A stretch of 64,000 nt of DNA from Candidatus Oxydemutatoraceae bacterium (GTDB lineage Bacteria; Pseudomonadota; Gammaproteobacteria; Poriferisulfidales; Oxydemutatoraceae), in the NCBI GenBank assembly GCA_965223735.1, contig OZ245010.1:1712397-1776396 (forward strand), in the 5' to 3' direction. Each line of letters starts with the position of its first letter. Position 1 is the stretch's first letter. This document shows, in pieces, positions 21,201 to 28,139 of the stretch. The position numbers and the translations under genes were made by a program. The notes below the pieces were generated by a model. It was not told the origin of the DNA and ran no database searches. It was given only the letters and a program-made list of their open reading frames with translations.

Positions 21201-21388
21201 CTTCGTGCCAAGCGGCACTTTCGCCGATGGATATTCTTCGGGGTAGGGTTTTTATCCTCCACCGCACGTTGAAAAATTCGGCATCCCAAGTCAATTAGGC
21301 CGGTTGGTTTGTCATGCTTATCCGCCTCAAGCAATGCCCATCCTATGGAATTGCTGCCGAGATCAAGCCCTAACACCTTCTTGCTCAT
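18280..21388 (-). CDS. cas9: Cas9 (type II-C), with the reading frame interrupted near 18566-18572
   Basis: RuvC-I MSKKVLGLDLGSNSIGWAL at the N-terminus, HNH motif NTEIDHILPLSRSLDDSYMNKV and RuvC-III HRHHAIDAVV. The 942-aa frame stops at 18563. The last ~100 aa (GKDYEFVMALHINDLVSI..., alignable to the NmeCas9 PAM-interacting domain) continue in another frame as the 18280..18675 ORF. No csn2 or cas4, hence II-C. Confidence 0.85.
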
Positions 21389-21416
21389 AGATGCATTCTC
21401 GTATATACTGGCCAGT

Positions 21417-21527
21417 AGTATAACTGACCAAGGCCTATCGATTAGCTTTTCATACCAATGAAATATCTTTTTCGTAGGCAACGCTTTTAAGCGACCAAGA
21501 GCCCTCCCAGCGGGGGCTCTTTTAATA
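21417..21527 (+). ncRNA. Candidate tracrRNA: a 23-nt anti-repeat plus downstream hairpins and terminator. Strand assignment is uncertain.
   Basis: 21417-21439 (AGTATAACTGACCAAGGCCTATC) is the exact reverse complement of repeat positions 14-36. It lies 28 nt upstream of the cas9 ATG. On the plus strand it is followed by hairpins (TTTCAT-ACCA-ATGAAA, CGCTT-TT-AAGCG) and an intrinsic terminator at 21497-21527. Confidence 0.45.
21497..21527 (+). terminator. Rho-independent terminator (8-bp stem followed by TTTT)
   Basis: aagagccc-tcccagcg-gggctctt followed by tt. Confidence 0.5.
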
Positions 21528-21549
21528 TCTGGGAATTATAATAGATAAC

Positions 21550-21822
21550 CTAACGACAAGATTGCTCGTTGAGCATCAAGTGAAGTATTGTCACTCCGCA
21601 AACACTTTCTCGAGGATGTAAATTAATCTGTGTAAGCGGCCAGTTCATGTTATGATCGGCACCCGGTCGCCGAACAGTATGATGAACTGATCCAGGGCCG
21701 CTTTCCAGTCCCTGATCGGCAGCGTCCATTTCTTTGACGCATTCCGCAAACCAGGATACAGGCAGTTTCCGGATCGCGTCGTCATGTGGGAACGCCCTGC
21801 GCCCCTTGATCACTTTCCTCAA
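21550..21822 (-). pseudogene. C-terminal fragment of an IS256-family (mutator-type) transposase
   Basis: RRAFPHDDAIRKL matches the IS256 C-terminal motif (FPN[DE][DE]A.LKL), and NMNWPLTQINL resembles the family's (I)RNW..LNQL tail. The intervening region does not align and the upstream roughly 300 aa of a transposase are absent. Lower GC than backbone. Confidence 0.4.
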
Positions 21823-21851
21823 ACTGTAGTTCAGAGACTCGATATCCCTCC

Positions 21852-22067
21852 ATGGGCACTACCTCGCTATACCGGGCACTCATCGAGGCGAACGTGTCTG
21901 ATGGGACCACCAAGAAAGCAGTTGAGGGACTGATTTCTGTTAATGAGGCGGCTACGAAAATGGACATCGCCGAATTGGAAGTCAGGCTGATCAAATGGAT
22001 CGTTGCCACCGCTATTGCTGTCGGCGGTGCAGTCATTGCAGCCATGGGGTTGATCGCCAGGCTCTGA
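21852..22067 (+). CDS. Small coiled-coil protein with a C-terminal TM helix, XhlA/DUF1640-like (second copy of this type)
   Basis: The 71-aa ORF ends ...EVRLIKWIVATAIAVGGAVIAAMGLIARL. It shares the K-[TI]-x-W-[VI]-V...GAV[VI] pattern with the 14658..14831 ORF. Confidence 0.35.
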   Translation: MGTTSLYRALIEANVSDGTTKKAVEGLISVNEAATKMDIAELEVRLIKWIVATAIAVGGAVIAAMGLIARL

Positions 22068-22166
22068 TAAGCTTTCCATCGCCAAGTCAGAAGTCAAGCT
22101 GATCATCAGCGTGGAGCATTGCCGCCTTGATCATTGCGGTCGCGCATTGTCTTAAGGAGAGCGAAC

Positions 22167-22448
22167 ATGACTTCGACTCCCCGTCAATCAGAAGTAGCCA
22201 CACGCTGGCGTTCTCGCGGGTTCAGTTGTGACCTGTGGGTGGACCCGCCGGGGCAGTGCTGGGAGGATTTCACGCACGCGACCGACGAACTGGTGATGGT
22301 GGTCGAGGGTGAAGTCGAATTCGAGATCACGGGTGAGGTGCGCCGTCCCGCGCCCGGAGAGGAGCTGCTGATACCGGCAGGCGCCGTTCATTCAGTTCGC
22401 AATATCGGCGCCGGCACCGCCCGTTGGTTATACGGTTATAAGCGTTGA
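22167..22448 (+). CDS. Cupin-domain protein
   Basis: Good RBS (aaggaga) before the ATG at 22167. Conserved-barrel motifs ...ELVMVVEGEVEFEI..G.....PGEELLIPAGAVHSVRNIG. Confidence 0.5.
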   Translation: MTSTPRQSEVATRWRSRGFSCDLWVDPPGQCWEDFTHATDELVMVVEGEVEFEITGEVRRPAPGEELLIPAGAVHSVRNIGAGTARWLYGYKR

Positions 22449-22467
22449 GGCCGAGGCAGACGCCTGG

Positions 22468-23595
22468 TCAGTATAAGTGCGGTTTGTGTCTGTCCTTCGG
22501 CGGAAAAATCACTTTCAACTTATTCAGCGGCGTATTGCGGGGCAGATGTTTTTGGTGTTGCAAACATCCCACAACGACGCCCGGGTGGATATTCAATTCT
22601 TTTGCGAATTTGCGGATCGCATGCGCGGACTTTGAGGCTTGTTTGAGTTGTTCCGAGTACTGCTTCGGGATCAGCGTGTTGATCGCAAATTGGCTGGCTT
22701 CTTTTTCGAGTCTGTTTTCATCCGGCATTATTTTGTCGTCCCAGAATGCCATCCGTCGGCTTTGGTGCAGCAGAATGTGGCCGGCTTCGTGAAAGAAAGT
22801 CAGCCAGAACTGATCGTTGGTCTTGCCATATAGCGGCAGTTGGATCAGTGGCCGGTTGGGTCTCAGCCAGCGCGCGATGCTGCTGACGTGCGCTTTCCTG
22901 AAAGCAGGCGTAATCGCCAGATGCACACCTGCGTCGAAGCACAGTTTCTCTATCCCGTGCTCAATCTCCTGTGGTTTTTCGACGGTCAGGTTCCGGATCC
23001 TTGCAATCGCCTTACGGAATTTTACTTTGCCATATTTCGCCGGGGTGCCTTGTTCCTCGGCTTCTATCTCACCCGTGCGCAGCAAAGCTGAAACCGCCCC
23101 CATGTCCTGCCGGCGTTTTTTCGTCAGCGAGAGCATCCTTTCTGTCTCTTCAAAACAGCTTTTCCATTGTTTCGGGGAAGCCACGCCGTAGAATTTCAGC
23201 GCTTCCCGGACAATGCGCGGTTTGTTCCCGGCCGTCTGCCTGGATTTTTCAATGTACCCGTTGTTCATTAACTCCCTGATCGGTATTTGTCTGAGCCACC
23301 TCACCCATTTACGGTATTTTTTGTCTTGCTTCAGGCGTAGCAGTTCAGCGCGGTAATGTGCTTCGCGGGTAAGCCAGAATTTCGCGGAGGGGCCTCCCAA
23401 CACTTGCTCAAGCACCGCAGCCGTTCCTTCAGTGATAGGCGCTTTGCCGTTGAAGAGAAGGCTTACGTGCTTTTCAGACCATCCGGTTCTTTTTGAAAAA
23501 TCAGTCTGTTTCCATCCCCGAGACCTGATAATGTCCTTGATGGTATCTCCCGCAGGAGATACCCGGTCGGGCTCAAATGTATTTAAATCAGACAT
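22468..23595 (-). CDS. HigA-like XRE-family HTH regulator fused to an ImmA/IrrE (M78, COG2856) zinc-metallopeptidase domain
   Basis: N-terminal HTH (GWKQTDFSKRTGWSEKHVSLLFNGKAPIT) and C-terminal HEAGH zinc-binding motif (FFHEAGHILLH). Overlaps the stop of the upstream toxin-like ORF by 8 nt. Confidence 0.7.
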   Translation of the reverse strand: MSDLNTFEPDRVSPAGDTIKDIIRSRGWKQTDFSKRTGWSEKHVSLLFNGKAPITEGTAAVLEQVLGGPSAKFWLTREAHYRAELLRLKQDKKYRKWVRWLRQIPIRELMNNGYIEKSRQTAGNKPRIVREALKFYGVASPKQWKSCFEETERMLSLTKKRRQDMGAVSALLRTGEIEAEEQGTPAKYGKVKFRKAIARIRNLTVEKPQEIEHGIEKLCFDAGVHLAITPAFRKAHVSSIARWLRPNRPLIQLPLYGKTNDQFWLTFFHEAGHILLHQSRRMAFWDDKIMPDENRLEKEASQFAINTLIPKQYSEQLKQASKSAHAIRKFAKELNIHPGVVVGCLQHQKHLPRNTPLNKLKVIFPPKDRHKPHLY

Positions 23596-23848
23596 GGTAG
23601 TCGCTTATTGACACGATCATTATTTTGGTAATTTTTTTCCAGTCGATATTGCCATCAGATAATTTTGGCGGGTCATGGTGATCATGGGTAAATACCAACC
23701 GTATTCCTCCGCTTATGCTGACCGCCCATTTGTTTTTCAATCGTCCATGCAACAAGTGAGGTTGTCTGTGAGGATTCTCTTTAGAGAAAACAGCCGCATT
23801 TTCCGCCGCTTTCGAGTCGCTGAGCACTGCGGGCGGGTTATTCGCCAC
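23588..23848 (-). CDS. HigB-like toxin (RelE/ParE superfamily, killer-protein family). N-terminal half poorly conserved. GTG start.
   Basis: LLHGRLKNKWAVSISGGIRLVFTHD..ISDYH aligns to the HigB consensus L.GDRKGQ[YW]SIRIN.QWRI.F.....VDYH. The toxin-then-antitoxin order is typical of higBA. Confidence 0.5.
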   Translation of the reverse strand: MANNPPAVLSDSKAAENAAVFSKENPHRQPHLLHGRLKNKWAVSISGGIRLVFTHDHHDPPKLSDGNIDWKKITKIMIVSISDYHV

Positions 23849-24035
23849 TTTCTTGTTGAGCAGGTGTTGTGCTTGTCTTTTTTCCTCACAGGTTCTTTTG
23901 CTTCGAGTTCCTGAATGAGATGGCTGTTTGTTAATATTTACCTATATGGTAAACTTTTTCAAGAGAATAGGTCAACTGATGATCCAGCCCCCGGCACGTC
24001 GGCAACCCGTGTTGATCCGATGAGCCGGTCATCAC

Positions 24036-24151
24036 CGCCCACACCCCACGCTGAACCGCCGTTTCCATTCCGGGTCGCGGCGGCGAGGCGGTTCAAATCA
24101 CGGGTGCAGGCCGTCCGGTTGCGTCCCCGGCTCGCGTTCATGCTTCAGGTC
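24036..24151 (-). pseudogene. Degenerate duplicate of the apaH 3' end (about 40 codons, with W->stop and an internal ~110-bp deletion)
   Basis: Minus-strand translation DLKHEREPGTQPDGLHP*FEPPRRRDP..RRFSVGCG matches ApaH DLGHKREPGTQPDGLHPWFEPPHRRDP...RRFSVRCGE encoded at 28140-28380. Nucleotide identity is clear over two blocks. Confidence 0.55.
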
Positions 24152-24244
24152 TATAATGAATGTTGATCGGATCAAATCGCCCAACGATCCGTTAAATAGA
24201 CTCGTTGCTATCTTGACAGGAAGTGATATTGATATGGAAAAACC

Positions 24245-26326
24245 ATGAGACAGAATGCTTTGAATCACTTGCGGATCGCACTTGGTGATCCTCAAGCGGA
24301 GTTCAGGGATGGGCAATGGGAAAGTATTTCGCAGCTTTTAGATCGTAGAAGGGTGCTTGTCGTCCAGCGTACCGGTTGGGGGAAAAGCATGGTTTATTTT
24401 TTGGCGACAAAGCTTATTCGAGAGTCGGGTTCAGGGCCAACCTTATTAATTTCTCCGCTATTATCATTAATGCGCAATCAGATTGAGGCTGCCGCGCGAA
24501 TTGGCATTACACCCAGGAAGATAGACAGTACCAATACCGGCGAATGGGATCAGATCAGGCAGGAGTTGACCGCTGATCAGGTAGATATATTGCTGATTTC
24601 TCCCGAACGCCTTGCAAATGCTTCCTTTCGCCGGCAAGTTTTCCCTGTTATTGCAGAAAACATCGGGCTTTTTGTGATTGACGAGGTTCACTGTATCTCA
24701 GACTGGGGGCATGATTTCAGACCGGATTACAAGCGTATCGTTCGTGTCCTTCAAGCTATTCCTTCCAATGTTCCGGTGCTGGCAACAACGGCAACAGCCA
24801 ATGACAGGGTTGTGGATGATGTCAAGTCGCAACTCGGGGATGACATTGAATTGGCCAGAGGTTCTTTAGTCAGAGAAAGCCTCAAACTTCAGAATATAAA
24901 TATGCCCAGTCCCGCAGCAAGAATGGCTTGGCTGGCACAGACTATTCCAAATCTTCCGGGCAGTGGAATAATCTATACTCTGACTCAGCGCGATGCAGAA
25001 CGACTCACTGAATGGCTTCAGCGCAACAGAATTCGTGCGGAAGCCTATCATGCCGACATCTCAAACCGCGAAGTGTTGGAACAGCGGTTGCTTGATAATG
25101 AAGTAAAAGTTCTGGTTGCCACCGTTGCTTTGGGGATGGGATTTGACAAGCCTGACTTGGGGTTTGTAATTCATTTTCAAAGGCCTGCTTCCGTCGTTCA
25201 TTACTATCAACAGGTTGGTCGTGCCGGTCGTGCTGTTAAAGAGGCGTATGGCATTCTGCTTTGTGGCGAGGAGGACGATCACATTGCAGATTACTTCATA
25301 CGCAGTGCCTTTCCACCTCAGCAGCATATTACCGCCATCCTTGAAACGCTTGATAAGGCGGATGATGGCCTGCCACCATCATCAATGCAAAATTTTTTAA
25401 ATATCAGCGGGTCACAAATTAAAAAAACGATCAAATATCTGACCATAGAATCCCCTTCTCCGATTGTAAAAGACGGTTCTAAATGGTATGCGACAGCTTC
25501 GGCGGCTGACTATGCAATTGATCAGGGGTATATAGAGGCAATTACCCGGATCCGGAGACAGGAACAGCGTCAGATGCAGGAATATATGGAACACAGAGGA
25601 TGCCTGATGGCATTCCTCCAAAATGCGCTCGATGACCCCAACTCACAGGGCTGCGGTAAATGCCGGAATTGTAACCCCGGACTTCTGCTTTCTGAACAGT
25701 ACAGCGATGAATTGGCAAACCAGGCGGCACTCTTTCTTAAAAGAGGCTGTCAACCAATCAAGCCTCGCAAGCAATGGCCCGCAGAGAATATGTTCAAACA
25801 TTATCCACTTGGAGGAAGGTGGATTCCACCAAAATTTCGAGCCTCTAAAGGTCGTGCCCTGAGTCTGTGGCGTGATGCCGGTTGGGGGCAACTCGTTGCC
25901 AAAGGGAAATATGAAACTGGAAGTTTTGCAGATGAGCTTGTAACCGCGTGTGTCGAGATGATTGCAGCATGGGATCCCAGACCGCCCCCCGAATGGTTGA
26001 CCTGCATACCTTCACTTGATCATCCTGAGTTAGTTCCGGATTTTGCACGGCGTTTAGCGGGTGGCCTGAAGCTGCCGTTTATTCCCTGTGTTCGGAAAGC
26101 AAGGCAGAATGATCAACAGAAAACCAGGGAAAACAGCTTTCAGAAAGCACGAAATTTGGATGGTGTTTTTGAAATCAACCTTGAACGGAATGATCCGTGC
26201 CTGTTGATCGACGACGTGGTTGACTCGGGGTGGACTTTTACCGTTGTATCCGCTTTGTTGCGTCAGGCGGGTTGCACGGCGGTTCGTCCTCTGGCATTGG
26301 CGCTTAATTCTCCAAGGATGAATTGA
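24245..26326 (+). CDS. RecQ-family SF2 DNA helicase with a RecQ-type Zn-binding motif, C-terminally fused to a ComF/GntX-type phosphoribosyltransferase (PRTase) domain
   Basis: Motif I RTGWGKS, motif II DEVHCISDWGHDFRPDY (RecQ DEAH box), III ATTATA, VI QQVGRAGR. Cys cluster CLMAF..GCGKCRNCNP like the RecQ zinc finger. C-terminal type-I PRTase signature NDPCLLIDDVVDSGWTF. GC about 47%. Confidence 0.8.
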   Translation: MRQNALNHLRIALGDPQAEFRDGQWESISQLLDRRRVLVVQRTGWGKSMVYFLATKLIRESGSGPTLLISPLLSLMRNQIEAAARIGITPRKIDSTNTGEWDQIRQELTADQVDILLISPERLANASFRRQVFPVIAENIGLFVIDEVHCISDWGHDFRPDYKRIVRVLQAIPSNVPVLATTATANDRVVDDVKSQLGDDIELARGSLVRESLKLQNINMPSPAARMAWLAQTIPNLPGSGIIYTLTQRDAERLTEWLQRNRIRAEAYHADISNREVLEQRLLDNEVKVLVATVALGMGFDKPDLGFVIHFQRPASVVHYYQQVGRAGRAVKEAYGILLCGEEDDHIADYFIRSAFPPQQHITAILETLDKADDGLPPSSMQNFLNISGSQIKKTIKYLTIESPSPIVKDGSKWYATASAADYAIDQGYIEAITRIRRQEQRQMQEYMEHRGCLMAFLQNALDDPNSQGCGKCRNCNPGLLLSEQYSDELANQAALFLKRGCQPIKPRKQWPAENMFKHYPLGGRWIPPKFRASKGRALSLWRDAGWGQLVAKGKYETGSFADELVTACVEMIAAWDPRPPPEWLTCIPSLDHPELVPDFARRLAGGLKLPFIPCVRKARQNDQQKTRENSFQKARNLDGVFEINLERNDPCLLIDDVVDSGWTFTVVSALLRQAGCTAVRPLALALNSPRMN

Positions 26327-26329
26327 TAA

Positions 26330-28135
26330 ATGAACAATCTTTTAACAGACGATACGAAATCGATAATGCTGCTCTGTGGCGTGCTTGGAAAAGCGCGCTC
26401 CATAAAACCACTCACGCAATCAGAATACAACAGGGTAGCCCGCTGGCTGATCGGTGAGAAAATGCGGCCGGCGGATCTGCTCCGATATGAAAATGTAGAT
26501 TTGGCGGCAATAAATTCCGGGATCGAGCTGCAACGATTGAAATCCCTGCTCGGAAGAGGCGTTCAGCTTGGGTTTGCTGTAGAGGAATGGCAACAGAACG
26601 GCATTTGGGTTTTGAGCCGAAGCGACCGGGATTATCCGGCACGGTATAAAAAGCATCTGAAGAATGAAGCACCTCCGCTTCTTTTCGGAGTAGGCGACAG
26701 GTCTCTTTTGCAGGGTGGTGGAGTTGCAATTGTCGGTTCGCGGAATGTGGACGGTGACGGAGAGGATTTTGCCCGTAAAGTGGCTGAGCTATGCGCTTAC
26801 AACAGAATGCCGGTTGTTTCAGGGGGGGCTCGCGGGGTTGACCAGATTGCCATGACCGCCGCACTTGATGCGGGAGGTGTGGTAATAGGCGTTCTTGCTG
26901 AAAATCTTCTGAGGAGAAGTCTTGAACGCAATGCACGCAGGGCAATCTCTGATGACCAGTTGCTTTTAATATCTCCTTACCGCCCGGATGCCCGCTTTAC
27001 AGTCGGGACGGCAATGGGGCGAAATAAGTTGATCTATGCCATGGCTGATTACGGCCTGGTCGTGAGTGCTGAGTATAAAAAAGGCGGCACCTGGGCCGGG
27101 GCGGTGGAAGAGCTGAAACGGGAAAATCCTCTACCGGTTTTTGTGAGATCGGGCGCAAATGTTCCTGTCGGCAACACAGAGTTGCTGTGTTCAGGTGCTC
27201 TGGAGTATCAGGAAGTGAAATATCGGGAAGAGCTGGGTCAACACCTCGCTGATCTTGCCAAGATTGTAAAAGGTCAAGAACAAGCACAGATCGACAGATC
27301 AGGGAAAGATGAAAAACAGGGAGTTCTTCCTATTGGTCCAACGATGGACAGTTCCGCGGTGGCGCCGGGACCCGGCATTTACGAGACTGTATTACCGGTG
27401 ATCATTGATCATCTGGGATCCCCAACCGCCTCCGGTGAATTATCGAAAACCCTGGACGTGTCGAAAGCACAGCTGTATCGCTGGCTCAGAAAGGCTGTGG
27501 ATGAAGGACGGATCCAAAAACTACTAAGTCCTGTGAGATATCAGGTAATAGAGGCGGAACCGGAAACCATTTACGAAGCCGTATTGCCGGTGATCATTGC
27601 TCATCTGGGATCATCAACTGCGGTCGATGAATTATCGAAAGCTCTGGACGTGTCGAAAGCACAACTGAATCACTGGCTCAAAAAAGCCGTGGATGAAGAA
27701 AGGATCCGAAAGCTATCGCAGCCCGTAAGGTATCAGGCAATGGAAGCGGCGCAGACAACCATTTGCGAAGCCGTCTCGCCGGTGATCATCAGTCATCAAA
27801 CTATTTACGAAGCTGTATTGCCGATGATCATTGCTCATCTGGGATCCCCAACTGCACCCGGTGAATTATCGAAAACGCTGGACGTGTCGAAGGTACAGTT
27901 GAACAGCTGGCTCAAAAAGGCCGTGGATGAAGGACGGATCCAAAAGTTATCGCAGCCCGTAAGGTATCAGGCAATGGCAGCGGAGCCGACAACCATTTAC
28001 GAAGCCGTATTGCCGGTGATCATTGCTCATCTGGGATCATCAACTGCGGTCGATGAATTATCGAAAACTCTGGACGTGTTGAAGGTACAGTTGAACAGTT
28101 GGCTCAAAAAAGCCGTGAATGAAGGAAGGATCTGA
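26330..28135 (+). CDS. DprA/Smf (SLOG-fold) domain protein with four C-terminal ~63-aa tandem winged-helix-like repeats
   Basis: DprA Rossmann core VAIVGSRNVDG..VVSGGARGVDQIAMTAALDAGGVVIGVLAENL. The C-terminus carries 4 repeats of IYEAVLPVIIAHLGS.TA..ELSKTLDVSK.QLN.WLKKAVDEGRIQKLSQPVRYQA. Starts 4 nt after the helicase-PRTase stop. Confidence 0.75.
   Translation: MNNLLTDDTKSIMLLCGVLGKARSIKPLTQSEYNRVARWLIGEKMRPADLLRYENVDLAAINSGIELQRLKSLLGRGVQLGFAVEEWQQNGIWVLSRSDRDYPARYKKHLKNEAPPLLFGVGDRSLLQGGGVAIVGSRNVDGDGEDFARKVAELCAYNRMPVVSGGARGVDQIAMTAALDAGGVVIGVLAENLLRRSLERNARRAISDDQLLLISPYRPDARFTVGTAMGRNKLIYAMADYGLVVSAEYKKGGTWAGAVEELKRENPLPVFVRSGANVPVGNTELLCSGALEYQEVKYREELGQHLADLAKIVKGQEQAQIDRSGKDEKQGVLPIGPTMDSSAVAPGPGIYETVLPVIIDHLGSPTASGELSKTLDVSKAQLYRWLRKAVDEGRIQKLLSPVRYQVIEAEPETIYEAVLPVIIAHLGSSTAVDELSKALDVSKAQLNHWLKKAVDEERIRKLSQPVRYQAMEAAQTTICEAVSPVIISHQTIYEAVLPMIIAHLGSPTAPGELSKTLDVSKVQLNSWLKKAVDEGRIQKLSQPVRYQAMAAEPTTIYEAVLPVIIAHLGSSTAVDELSKTLDVLKVQLNSWLKKAVNEGRI
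27371..28135 (+). repeat. In-frame tandem DNA repeat, about 4.2 copies of about 189 bp, encoding the C-terminal repeats of the DprA-like gene
   Basis: Units begin ATTTACGAAGCCGTATTGCCGGTGATCATTGCTCATCTGGGATC at 27571, 27803 and 27991, with a diverged first unit at 27371 and a partial 42-bp unit at 27761. Confidence 0.85.
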
Positions 28136-28139
28136 TCCT

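Noticed and set aside
21417-21439. Anti-repeat as merely a degenerate orphan CRISPR repeat
   Set aside because: Not fully excluded. A 23/23 perfect match confined to one repeat end, located 28 nt from the cas9 start and followed by hairpins and a terminator, fits tracrRNA better than a decayed array. Kept as a candidate ncRNA with moderate confidence.
23915-24166. ORF 23915..24166(+) as a gene
   Set aside because: Reverse-strand reading of the apaH 3' remnant (PTPHAEPPFPFRV...). The same artefact appears at 28119..28409(+) opposite the intact apaH.
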